Source: Bigelowiella natans CCMP2755
Lineage: Eukaryota; Protista; Cercozoa
DNA length: 64,000 nt
Assembly: GCA_000320545.1 (NCBI GenBank)
Contig: ADNK01000910.1
Coordinates: 1-64,000 of the forward strand
Direction of reading: 5' to 3'
The position numbers and the translations under genes were made by a program. Below the pieces are notes generated by a model. That model worked only from the letters and a program-made list of their open reading frames with translations, did not search any database and had not been told where the DNA came from. Each line of letters begins with the position of its first letter. The first letter of the stretch is position 1. Shown piece after piece: positions 1 through 12,958 of the stretch.

Positions 1-52
1 CACGCGCGCGCGCGCGCGCGCGCCCCCCCCCCCCCCCCTCTCCTACATACAA

Positions 53-100
<48 letters not shown>

Positions 101-140
101 CTGTGTGTGGAGTTGACTCGTAAATATGATCCTGTATAAG

Positions 141-598
141 GACGCACGCCTCTAATGTGGGCCACAGCTGTTAATAAGGTAGCAGTAGTTTCTACACCAT
201 CAGAGGAAGATCCAGAAGTAGAAGGAATGAGTAGTGATAGGACGAATCTTCACCAGCTATCCTAACCATCATAGATACAATATTGGTTGAGGGTGCGTGT
301 TGTCATATATCAATGCTCGATTGCTTCCTGTTCTTCTTGCTGTTGCTATCTAGATCCATTGCGTCCGGGCTCTGCTAGATTGCAAGGCAAATCCCATACT
401 CACAGACGTACAGGTAGTAGAGGGCGTTTGTTGTGATAGCGCTAATTACAAAAACAGCCATAGGAATGTAGTTATGCTTGTTAGCGAGTCGATGCGTACC
501 GTTGCACTTGTTATATATTACTACTATGCTATACACGTCTCCACGTATGCACGCTCTCACTAGTTCCATTATCGTGTGTGTCCTGTCACTTTGCGGTG

Positions 599-636
<38 letters not shown>

Positions 637-774
637 GCTGCGTTCTAATGCTAATCGTTTGACCTGACGATAGGGTGAGACGGCAATGAGTGCTGTCCGG
701 TCGAAACCGGTATCAGTATCTTCTTTCGTACTTGTTACCATGTTCATGAAAGAACACCACACATTTCCATCGCC

Positions 775-813
<39 letters not shown>

Positions 814-2991
814 TTTATGATGTTATTCTGCATTATCCGATCATCATTACCTTACTCTCACATTGTGCATCGTCGTCGTCGTCGTCATCTCACTCACTAG
901 GTGGCTGACCTACTCACCAAAGCTATGAAATCGAATGAATTCTCCGAGCTTGGGTACACAGATGATACACGCAAAGCTACTTCATTATGATCGCCTTGTG
1001 TGCACTATCACCCCATCGTCGTCAACGCAAAGAAGATATCAGCACGATGACAACGATTACGAAAAATGATGGTTCATGGCCTGTTGTTGTGGGTTGCAGC
1101 GACGATGGAATGGAATGGACAAGGATGACTTCGTTGAGCGCTTCCCTAAAATATATTTGCGCGACATGCGGTGCGGTTGATTGATGACCTCTCCTCTCTC
1201 TTTGGTTCAAATCTTTGTTCTCCTAAAACATATACACGTACGTTCTACTCTTGTCGGGACGCGGGAAGGCAAAACGGGCATATGTTCTACATATTCTGTT
1301 CAGCAACGCATTTCGCTCTCTTCATGTCATCACTTCTTGATCTCCCCCCCTCTCTCTTCTCTCTTTCATAACGGAACATATCGACGTCCTCCTTCATCAA
1401 CATCAAAGGCAATGCATCCCTTGCGGAGCCGATGGCGACTGAGATATCTCGTACAACATGCGCGAAGGTAGTAGTGTGTGCTGACTTTGCTTTCCTGTAT
1501 AGTGCAAAATCCTCTTCCTTAAAAAATCTTACGTAACAAAACCTGACTTTTCTCGCTGGTATAAATGATAGTATCTTGGAGATCTCACGTCACTTACAGA
1601 GGAGGACTGGGAGGAGGTTGGCCAGGGGGGAAGGAGGGAGTGGAGGGAGAATTATGAGTTGTTGGAATATATTTATAATTGGTGCGGATACAACTTCACA
1701 TACAACATCAAATAGGTGAAGATTCCTACAAGAATCAAGAAAATCGTGCGGGAGGTAACAGCAGCAGCGCCACCACTAGAGCAACTGAGACAGATCATGA
1801 CCATGAAGCTACATAGTGATAGTGAGAAGTGGTGGTACTGTGCTGGTGAATGATGACTGCGAGCGAAGCGATAATGCTTTCAAAATAATCACAATGCTTC
1901 TCGGGTGTCATATCGTTGCTGCCATCATCATTCATGATTTTTATTAACATCGCCATTACCATCTTTAGGTCGTAAAGAGAGCCTTCACACACAAAATGGA
2001 TAAGGTGTGATCTAAGTTCAACATTGTAAAAGAATAGAGCAAATACCTTGATAGCACTTGTATACTCTTGCCTCCTTTCTTTCTCTGCCTCTCTTGTCAC
2101 CTCTCTTCGTTGTGCTTAACTTCAAATGCTGTTCTCAAAAAGGAAGACCGAGTTGCAGATATGGTGCGCGAAGCTGAACTGAAGGTTGGGCGCACTTGTA
2201 GTAGTATGGTGTATAATCAACACGTTCACTATAATTTCCCTGCTTACGATCGTCTCCTCTTTATGCTCGGTTATCCGTCATTGTCCAGAGCCGAAAGGCT
2301 AAGCGGGATATCTCTATCGATATGTACTCTCGCATGGTTGCCCTGGCAGTTGAAGATAAGGTCAGAAAGCAAGCGAGAAGAGCTGGAGTACGGGAGGGAC
2401 GGATCACCGAGTTATAACATGAGAGCACTCAAGATTGCCATTTCCTAGAAGCGAACCTCAAAATAGAATCATTTTATGCTTTCTACAGCAGCACCTATGT
2501 AGGATGCATCGAATCAGTTTGAAATCTTGTCCCAACTATGACATTGAAGTGTACGTGATCAAGGGTAAATTGAGCAAATACGTCTACTGCTACAACACTT
2601 AGGTGGTGACACAAAAGGAGTTGGAATCACTAGCTAAGGTAGCAAACTAGTGCCTTGATATAATTGCATCTTTTGATTGTTACACACTTAAAATGGCAAC
2701 TTGACTAACGCCTGTTTCCTGCCTTTGTCGACCTAGTTTGCGGCTTTCTCCTATTCAAAACCCACCCAGTCTCCATTTCTGAAACACAAACGCCTCCGTC
2801 CGTCTTATAAATCAGCTACGCATCGATTTCGAGTTATCGGAGTCGGATCATGACAAGGTGCTCAGAAATCTGGAAATTGACAAAAAGGTAGTACATGTGT
2901 CAGTAACGATCTTGCATTGAAAATAACTTCAGAGAAAAAATAACGCAACATTCACACGCACACACACACACACATACACAAATGATCAATG

Positions 2992-3027
<36 letters not shown>

Positions 3028-3535
3028 TTTATGATGAGCATCATGGATTTGTTCTAATATCTTAGGCTTACCGAGAAATGATAAAGGGCTCAAGTACCAG
3101 TAAGAACACAACCTCTGCGTCCAAGGTAGTAGTAGTTAAATATCCAAATAATGGATCTTCCATTTGAACGAAAACAAAAAACAATATGCAGTAAAAACTG
3201 CGAAATAAAGGCTTTAAGCATTCACGCGAACATTAGTTCTTCGGAACAATAATATCTTAATTTGAATCCACTGTTTTCAGGCAACGTGCTTGGTATGTAT
3301 GGAGAAGGAACCTAATCACATCATACTAGACTGTATGCATCTATGCCTTTGCCAGACATGCAGCGCCTATTATACAGTCAAGGTAATAAGTATTCAGCTG
3401 TGCTGTTCTGAGTATGGAATACAAATATTAGATATTGACGAATAATTTTTGAACGATACATAAAAGGGCAAAACTATGCAATGTCCAAGTTGCCGTGCGG
3501 ATGTCAGGGAAGTTCGCAAAGTGTATTGGTCGTAA
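141..3535 (+). CDS. Ankyrin-repeat + SAM-like + C-terminal RING (C3HC4-type) protein, probable E3 ligase; 5' end lies outside the window
   Basis: Phase-consistent GT-AG exons: GRTPLMWATAVNK (141-178) | IHCVRALLDCKANPILTDVQ (354-413) | GETAMSAVRSKP (674-709) | VADLLTKAMKSNEFSELG (901-953) = ankyrin repeats. Then YLGDLTSLTEEDWEE|VKIPTRIKKIVRE (SAM-like) and ATCLVCMEKEPNHIILDCMHLCLCQTC (3281-3382) | GKTMQCPSCRADVREVRKVYWS* (3467-3535) = RING. Some middle exons (2290-2600) unresolved. Confidence 0.8.
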
Positions 3536-4324
3536 TGCTAACCAGTTCTGCATCATTACATCTCAATATGCTCTAAATGCCACAGCCCTATAGTTTTATG
3601 GCTATCGTAAATACAGACAATTTGCAGTTGCCTTATGATAATGAAGAGTTTTACCACACATTAAAACTTCGATACGCTTGAGGACCTAGATTGGCAGAAT
3701 TGCGCACATGGCATCGCAACAGCACATGCATGTATGACATAAAGCTCATGGTTTAAGTGAGATTCGTCTGAACTGACATTCTAAATTTCATTTATTTTCC
3801 CATTTTTTGAGCCAGCAGCGCACACGTGAAAGCGCACAATTGTTAACATTTTTAGTTCAGCACGTGCAAAGGCATGCTTAGACAAGGACACATCCAGACA
3901 TTGTGTCAAAAACATGTTGTGCCATTGAGCAATGCCATGACACTGAAACAAACATTTCGGCTAGAAGATGATGTCTCACAACTAGACATGTGTGTGTTCG
4001 ATATTGTGATTGATGATGCCTAATCCAATCATGGAGCGATCGATCAAGACAACACTAGAACACAATGACGCACGCACGCATGATTTGTCATCTCATTGCG
4101 TTGACATGCAACGTGGATGCGTGACACATGCGAACAATGCTATGGCTAGATAGCTAGATAGCTAGAGTGGTGACAACCTTCATCATGTTGAACTTAAATG
4201 CATGCTGAGCTACTGTGTAACAGCATGGCGTTCGTCTTGTGCATTGTCTGTGGCATTGTTCGTGCTCGTGTAAACAAGCAATTCTCGACACACTTTGCAA
4301 AACGAATCAACCGGAATGTCCTCA

Positions 4325-5900
4325 TTACAACTTCGAAGACGACAGGATCTCTTTCATTTGATTCACATACAAAGTCTGTACAATTTGAACATCGCTGTTT
4401 TAAAAAACGCCAAATAAGACTTATGAGTTACCATCTGCTTTCGGACTTCAGTTATGATCTCTTCAAGCTGCTTTTCCTCCCTTTTCAAACATCCACGATG
4501 TTTATCTAAATAGTCGCGCAATTCCCTCATCTTGATCGTAATGTTTGCCTATGATTAGAGCTAGGTTCAACCAAAATTCCATGACATCAAATCAGTTTAA
4601 TCAAATTCAATATGAGCGTCGTGTAAAATATAAAATTGAATTGAAACAAAAATTCTGGACCTCAACGTAATGTTCAGCCCAAATTCGGACCTTCTGAAGT
4701 TCCTGACGGAACTCCTGCGATAATTAAGTTAGCATTATTTAACTTCATAATCAAGTGTTAATCAAATCTAAGAAATTTCAATTCGCATTGTAAGGACAAA
4801 ATATTTCACTACAAGAGAGAATTCCGAAGCTTGTTGTTCGTATCTGTTTCCTCCTTGTGGACGAGCTTGCGCTTTCATTGGATTATCGTGATTGAATTTT
4901 ATGACGTTCATCTTCTCATCTGTCACCCTCACTGCGTAAGTAGCATTATCATCGGATGGCTTCTTCCGTTTAAAGCTATCATCATTGGCACGGAAATTTG
5001 ATTTTTGCGAAGATAACTTGCTTGGAGTTGGATGAAGATTGTCATTTGTAGTCGTTGAGGCCATATCTAAAGCTCGATCCTGGTACATTGATAATGACAA
5101 ATGAACTTTGGAGTGGCAATAAGAAAGTTGATTGGAATACTGAACAAGCAGATGGTTCTCTCGCAGGTCCTCTTTTTAAACTAAAGTGATCACTTCACAC
5201 CGTTTCGAGTTCTGGGAGGTTTTCATTAGAATGGATTGGTGTAATCATTGCCAAAAATCTACTGCGACAAGGTCAAAATCAAAATTAATTTACTCGTTGG
5301 GCTCCCTGTTGCGGTTTATCGAGGCTTCCCTCCGAGCTCAACAAGAAAGCCACTCGTATTGATAAATACGACATCTTTAAAAAAGAGGCACAACTTTAAG
5401 TGCTATATAAGCGCGATGTAGCATGAGGCGAATGTCGCGATATTGGAATGGCATGCTTTAGAGAAAACTTGTCTACATGACAGGTCTTGCCGCAGCGACA
5501 CAAATAAATAAACCTAATCACACCTTCAACATCAGAGGGGGGAGAGGATCTAGCTGAGAGTAATTTGCAAGACAATGATATGAAATGTTTATGAAAATCA
5601 CACTCTATTCATCTATTCATTACATTTGGACAATACCCTTTGAAGAGATTAGAAGAGATCATAAACTGATCAAAGCCATACTGACAGTGATGATTCGTTG
5701 TAACACATTTACGCTCTCATACGCTCTCATACGCTCAGTAGTACGCTGATGAGGAAGTGGTGGAGTCGCCGGAGACGCTCTGGTTCAACGGCGGGTACAC
5801 CTGATAAACGGCCTCATCGTCGAAGAGAGAGTGCCCCAGATCTGCACAAATTTTCAATTGACATACAGAAAATCACATCGTCGCCAAAGTAAACTTTAAT
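4325..5900 (-). CDS. Hypothetical multi-exon protein with C-terminal coiled coil; start approximate
   Basis: Minus-strand exons with canonical sites: DRALDMASTTTNDNL... (ORF 4768-5100) | EFRQELQKVRIWAEHYVE | ANITIKMRELRDYLDKHRGCLKREEKQLEEIITEVRKQM | TLYVNQMKEILSSSKL* (TAA at 4325-4327). No family recognised. Confidence 0.6.
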
Positions 5901-6028
5901 GATTTTTATATGAAATATTAGTTTTGTATCTCCAAGGCTAAATACTATTTCACGCTTTTTAGCTTGAAGAGTCCCGAAAGAGAGGCACTCGACCTTATAA
6001 AGTAAATCACAAAAACACAAGAAAGTTT

Positions 6029-6368
6029 ATGAGATTCACACAAGCGAAGTTACAAAAAACTGACGCACAAAAAGTATTAGATATTATTACTTTTCACCAA
6101 AATTTGAAGCCATCATTAGCTTATTCTACATCTACCACAGTAACTCCGTGAAAAGCGAAATCAAGTCATTACGCCAGTTACTTGCCAGTTCGAAAGTGAG
6201 ACATGATAATCGATTATAAATTTCATTTGAATATTGTTTTCCCCTAGATTGGTCAGATTGTTAGTACATTGAATCGAAGGGCTGCATATGAGGCTCTTGC
6301 AATATGGAAAAAGCATCACAACAGAACGGTAGCCAATACGAATTATATTTTCTCTAGATATTGATACA

Positions 6369-6413
<45 letters not shown>

Positions 6414-9400
6414 TACCGCACCGTCGCACCGGCCTTACTATATATATGTATATATGTATGACTCTGATGATGATTTAGATGCCTAAGTACACGTCGCGCT
6501 CGATTGTATCGATGGCAACTTTCCAGTCGAAAAAAGGTGAATAGACCCAATATCTACGATAAGCAAGACCCAAAAAACATCCTACCTCATAACACAGGGT
6601 ACATGTTTATTGGGGAGAAGGTGGATTCCCCAATGAATAACTTCAAAGTGCAAGATGATGGCCGGTGCGTATTATGCACATTTCACGCATTGGAAATCGT
6701 TGAGATCTTTTTTTCGTTAGACGAAGAAGTATCCAAAGTAGGATGTCATATGAACTAGTAAATCGAGGTTCAGCTTATCTAAACGGTACTTTTAACATGG
6801 ACTTGGAGGATAAAATAAGCAGCAAAAATAAAATGATCGAATGTTTTCATAGCAAAGAATCCTTATCGTGAGAGAGGTGCGAGAAGTAGAATATCGAAAG
6901 GGGATAGGGTGAAAACACCTTATGGCATTGGTAAAGTGGTAGGACTGGATCCGGGGAACAGGGTAAACATTTTTCTCTTCATATATTCTGCAAAATGAAG
7001 TATTATCCAAATTTCGACATAGATTCTTCATCTACGCTTCAAGTATGCAATGTCTCATGGATATGTTCATGCAAAATACGTGCGTCCAATTAATGATCCT
7101 GCCTCTTCGATAAGATTCTACTGGAGCTACAATAGCAAGGTAGCTTAATACAATCATATCAATCCGATAAACTTGATTTTGTTTGTGGACTATCTATTAT
7201 GTTAGAAACTTGCTTCTTTATCCAACAAAAGTGAAATGGGAGAGGATATCCCGGAGAAGGTATACCGTGAATGGCATATTATGATTGAAATCTTCATTGT
7301 ATATCATATTGAAAGACTCTTACTGGGGAAAGTTTCTCTCATCATGGCAAAAGTCTGTCAACCGACACGCTCAACGCGGGGGCACCTGTTTCTAACGGGA
7401 CATCTACTGCTACAAGCCCTATTTCCAAACGAGGGCGAACAGAATCAGATTACGGCCCATCATTTAATCTTGGCCCCATTGATACTCCAATAGAACGAAA
7501 AATTAAAGATATGGAGGGCGATGGATTTAACCTATCTGAAGATGAAGAAGATTCTCCAAAGCATCAGATACCGCGGCGACTAATTGGTATTAAGCTTAAT
7601 GTCAATAGTAGTGAAATATTTCGATAAACTCTACGTGATACCTAAATGATAGACTATATCACTGTGCACCGTATCGAGCACAAGATTGATGGACCTCAAC
7701 GCCTTTTTACAGCGGAGCGAAAAGCATATTCAAAGGTCCTAGCTTCCTTTAATATCACAGTGTACTTTTAAGCAGTCTTTTTCACAGGATATAAAGAGAG
7801 CAATTACTTTCATCCCCGATCTTACTCCCCGTATGGCGTCACGGTTTCCTCCTGTCAACCACCCAGATTTTCCATTCTCCGAGGTTAAATGAGATATTAT
7901 AGCATCTACGGGGCAAATAGAAATTTCTCATGCCCTCTTATAAATGTTATTAGAATGTGGGAGCCGCATTTGCCTTTCTAGAAGGAATACAGTTATCGAC
8001 CTTCCGGCGCAAGCCGTATGTCTACCATTCTGTTATTACACAAGCAAATGGTGACAGATTATACGCGACCTATCTAACTCTCGACGAACCAGATCCGATA
8101 ACGGTACCAAATATTACTGACGTATTTTTCATGTGGACAAAAACATGTGGTGATGAAGTGTGTGAATAGTGAAATGGGTTTTTGCCTTTATGGGAGCAGA
8201 TTGAATTCCAGCATTATCAGCATCTGGCATGTCATGGGACCGATACTTTCAGTTCTCGCTCCTATGTTGATAGTGAAAGTGGAAGCGCAAGGTATTTAGT
8301 TTTAGCTTAACCTGATACTTATTATTTAGATACCCCTTACCAATCATTGGTGCTTTGTTACAAAAGAAAGGGAGCTATGTCTCCACCATCTACCCGTCGC
8401 CATCAGCGTCTGCGATCTGCCTTCACTACACCAGTCGCAACAACGGCTTCATCAGCATCACCAAGTGTGAATAGTGATCGAAGATCAATGACATCGCAGC
8501 AGCAGCAACCAAGTGGAGGGCCTCTCAACTCCAGTCCCTTTCTTCTTTACAATCCATCATCGCAATTAAAGTCGCCTATGAGCCCGTTAATTGATGCATA
8601 TCGAGACACCTCTCTAGAAGACTTGGAGGACTCTGAAGACTTCTTACCTCTGAAACTAATTAAGGTTCAAGATATTTGGTTTGGTGGCGTCAGTGGAGCA
8701 CCAGAAGTAAATTTAAGGGAATTTAATATTAGGTAAAAGTTTACAAGCCAATGTGTATCTGTCTATTGAGCCACTATCCCCTACTTACGTTATTTGAAGA
8801 TATTCTCAAGGTGGAGATCATAATTTTCTATATTTATGGTATTCCAAGACATTGTTCTCATTTAACATCATTGTCATTGAGTTAGGCTCTCCTTGACGTA
8901 CATAAGGAAACTCTACGCTGCAATGAAAATGGAAAGTCTACTAAAGTTAGCATCGAAAGGTTGGAAACAAAATTTCGTCAAATATAAGATGACAATATAA
9001 TTGATTCAAATTGCAGATGGATTACACACCTTCTTTCCGAGGTCCCCCTTCCAGTTCCAGGAAGAATGCGTGTCTATTTCAAAATATCCAATAAAAACCT
9101 TTCTTTCCAACTACCCGGAATCCGTTCGCCATTTGAGTCCACGGTGCTCACTCTCATACTTAATGTTGTGAAGGAAATGGATTTAGTATCCTCATTTTTC
9201 CTCTTTGAAATACATTGCTTTGTTTTGATCTTTAGATACCCCTCCAAAGTGTATTTCGTCTGCTACCTTTGAGAGATATCTTCATTCTTCTGGCGGCAAT
9301 TCTGACTGAGCGAAGGGTCAAATATGTGACTTCTTCCATCAATCATTAGCAACAACGGTTATTTTTTAGATCCTCTTCCACTCTAACTCCCTGATGAGGG

Positions 9401-11862
9401 TAGTTCACACGACTCAGTCGCTCCTACAACTTATATATCCGTTTCATTGGTGGTAAGTATGTTGTTAGATGGCATTTTCATCAACGGTGCAGTGTTTCTC
9501 ACTTCCTAATTTTCAGGTATACATATATTCCGACTCTTGCAGAAAGCATGCTAGACGCAGTTGAAATGCCAGGTACGATTAAAAAGAGACTCTTCTGTAG
9601 TTCCGTCATAAGACATTCGATCACAGGACCATACATTCTTGGGACGAGATCTCACAACTTACAGCTTATTGACGAAGATGCATTGGATAATACAATGGTG
9701 ATAACAATGAAGGTCAATTGTGACCTTTCATTTAAAAATATATGAATGTTTTGTGTAGATCGTAGACTTAGATACAAAAGAGATAGTGTCCTCGGAACGT
9801 TTGCCAACCCTACCTCAAAAAGGAAAGGTCCTGTTTCAAGCATTATTTTTCCCATAATTCAGTGCTAACGATTTTCAATCTCAGCGCACACTTGAGTCGA
9901 ATCTACGCAAAGCCCTTTCACAACTTGTCGTTCAAGAGGATTTATGTCCTGATCGAATTTCGGCGGAAGATTTAGGTAAAACACATGACAAGGAAGCAAA
10001 AGTAATGGCTAAAAGCAATTCAGATCCTCAGAACAACTTCGATAGTGTCAATGAGGATGGCGGCGGTGGCAGCCAAAAGAAGAAGAATAGAGGTTTTGAG
10101 GAGGGTGATGGAGGAGTTTTGATGGATCGGTTTGATCTTGAAGTCTACAGAGCAATGCTCAGGTTTTGTTCTATTTTTACAAGAAAAAAAATTCTCGTAA
10201 ATGCTATCGAAGTTGTTGCTGAATATATGTGTGTTAAACGCCGTGCTGGATTCAGCTTCTTTACGGATCTTGTTAGTGGATATCGGCGCTTCGTTTACTT
10301 TGTTAATAAAGTAACTGACATAAATTATGCGGATGTGTTTAAACAAAATTTTGGATGAGTTGAAGAAAGTCTCTATTTTAGGTTCCTTTCTTTAATGCAC
10401 AAGGGTTTGTGGATCTTCGATCGCATGAAAAAAGCGCCGCTCCTGAAGATGCAGAATTCTTTCAGCATTTTGCATTCAGCAGGGCAGTGGAGGTCTGCCC
10501 TGTTCTCTTCATATCTTGCAGATGCTATTGCTCACTATATTACAATTTCCCCGAAAGGTGTACCTTGAGGATGAATCAGAACCAGATGTAGAAATTTACC
10601 ATACTTAAAGAAGTCATATTCACTGTTACACCTTGAATATTCGCACAGGAATACCACGAGCTTTTATCTCTTCGAATGGACTGCCGGCACATCTTGCGAG
10701 GCGAATGCACGGCGCCAGAGGTTTAGTTTTCAAGTTTAAAGCTCGGAATGTATATTAATATCTAATCCTGCGCTGGCAGATTTATCACACAAAATCTCCT
10801 GCTCCCACAGAGGAATTCTTCAAGAGAAATGTTGATGGATCAGGTATTGTAACAACGAAAAGATAAGTAATACTTACAGACCCTTCATATTAGGTACTTT
10901 CCTTTCTCCACAGAAACATTGTTCATCAGTGTGGAGAAAAATGGTCCATAAAAGACAAACAGGATTAGGGACTCGCCCTATTGAGTTTGATCAGGCGAAA
11001 TGGGAAGCATACGAAAGGACCAGTCGGGCCCTGCGAACCAAATCGTTTGCAAGACTCAATGATTCATGTGAAGTTTTATTTATGTTTATGCGTCTAGGAT
11101 AAATGATAGCTCATGGTGTACAACTTCATGGCATGAGGCTAATTATGTGTAATGTTGTCAGTTTCTATGCCTCGAGGTCCAGAAGATCATATATCCCCTA
11201 AGAACCCGAAGGATGCTGTGCGCATTATCCGTGGTGCTGTGATCTCCCTTCTCAGCGGGAAAAACATACCTCGATCTGAGATGAAACTGATTCGAAAAGC
11301 TCTTGAGTTGGCTGAGGCACGAGACATTCTCGCACGATTACTTGGAGGGGGGGAAAAGCCGGATACCAAAGAAGGATTCAACAATTCTGTTCAATGTCTG
11401 ACAGAAAATGGCTTTAAGTCACTGTGCGATATATCCAAAGCATTTTTGGACTTGTGTGGAAAGCAGAAAGATTACAATAAGGGACTTGCCCTAATGAGGG
11501 TTTCAAATGTCTTCTATATGCAACGGAAAGGGCATACAAAACGCGAATTTCTTGGTGACGTGATTCAAAAGCACAAATTCTGGAAAAATCTCAGTTTTTG
11601 GAGGGCTTCCCTAAAAGCAGCGGTGGTTAGTAAAATGTTCAAAAGTAGGAAAAGTGAACAATATTATTCTTTTATACAAGCTTGGATGGTCGAGAATCTC
11701 CACAAGATGGTGATGTTTAATGTAGATATCAAGGACATAAAGCAGTTTGTTATTGGGATTATGCAAAAGCACAATTTGCCTTTCGCAAGGCGGAGGGAAC
11801 TTGATGCTTTTGTCGAGCGCATGGAGACAATGTGTGCTGCTTTGAAGCAGCTGAATGTTTGA
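6029..11862 (+). CDS. SH3 + DENN (uDENN/cDENN/dDENN) + SBF2-like domain protein, putative Rab GEF; start approximate
   Basis: SH3-like NFKVQDDGRMSY...DWIRG...GYVHAKYV (about 6640-7090); uDENN SRFPPVNHPDFPF...VITQANGDRLYATYL; cDENN LLAAILTERR|ILFHS...LIYPFHW|..YIPTL...MP|GPYILG...IVDLD; dDENN FFTDLVSGYRRF; last exon with SBF2/MADD-like LMRVSNVFY...IQKHKFWKNLSFW. Many short AT-rich introns. Confidence 0.88.
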
Positions 11863-12605
11863 TATGTCTGAAATGTTAGTCCATATTATCAATTGCACCT
11901 ATCTACAATGCATATAATGTTCTTTTTTGATTGAAATAGAAAAGTCTCATGCATTATTGCTACAAATTCCCTACCTGCTCCGGGCAGCGCTTATATGATA
12001 TCAAATGAGTACTGTGAAGAAGGGGGTAGAGAAGTAGCTACGTAGGTCTAGAGAGTATTTCACCTTAAGAAGAATCGATTCTAAGTTCTTCAGTCTCGTG
12101 TTTAATCAAACGCTGCACATCTGAATTTTGTAGTTCCGAACACGCGACCGAAGAATCCAGAACAGATTACTCTCAAAATGAGAAATGCAAAAAACGCAGA
12201 TGTGCAGCATTTTATCACGTCAAGACGTTCTAACTTGCTAGCGTTGCCGTCTTTCGCATACTCTCTTCGCTTCTTTGCATGCGTGAAAATCCATGTCTAG
12301 ATGCATTGTATGTAGTACACGCTAGCACGTAGACAGGCTAGCATGCTAGCATGACTCAATTTCTACACTTGAGTTGCATTTAGACATTGTTGCCTGCTTC
12401 AGTGCTTCCCGCCATTCTACAAAGCTAGAAAGGTATTTAAGCGCGCGTTCCGTGGCGCTGCGCCATTCTAGCTTTGTTGCAAACTTTCGAGCGCTACACA
12501 AGAAGAAAACTAAAAGAAAGAAGTCATGCTGTTCCAGTTTGACATGTCATGCAATCCATTGAAGATGCATTCCATTGTCAATAATAAACTATGTAACAAT
12601 CATCA

Positions 12606-12919
12606 TCAATTTATTTGATGATTCACGAGCTTCTCATCAGGTCGAGCGTCTGGGATGAGGTACGGCAGGAAGAACAACGGTACCAACCCACCCAAACTTG
12701 ATATTACCTACAATTTCATTAAATTATGAATTTCTGTGGGCAATCCCACAAAGCTTTGAATTGGGTGCGAGTGTATCTAGATAGTAGATAATCACCGCTA
12801 CAATCCAAAGATTTTCAAACTGGTCGGCTTCGTCTTTAGCTCCGGATGGCTGAACCTACGTAATTTCTATATTGTTGCAGTTCCACGTCCTATTATCATT
12901 GTGTGTATGTGTATATATG

Positions 12920-12958
<39 letters not shown>

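Noticed and set aside
901-990. VADLLTKAM resembles the Ty1/copia RNase H motif ADxxTK
   Set aside because: It is a spliced exon continuing the ankyrin repeat in phase; no other retroelement domains are nearby.
2503-2565. In-frame TGA suggesting selenocysteine or readthrough in the RING gene
   Set aside because: Another frame of the same exon is open (MHRISLKSCPNYDIE) and the splice phase is unresolved, so there is no evidence for recoding.
9144-9185. Possible 12-nt microexon (EMDL) after a 30-nt intron in the DENN gene
   Set aside because: The 30 nt are in frame and stop-free, so they may simply be exonic.
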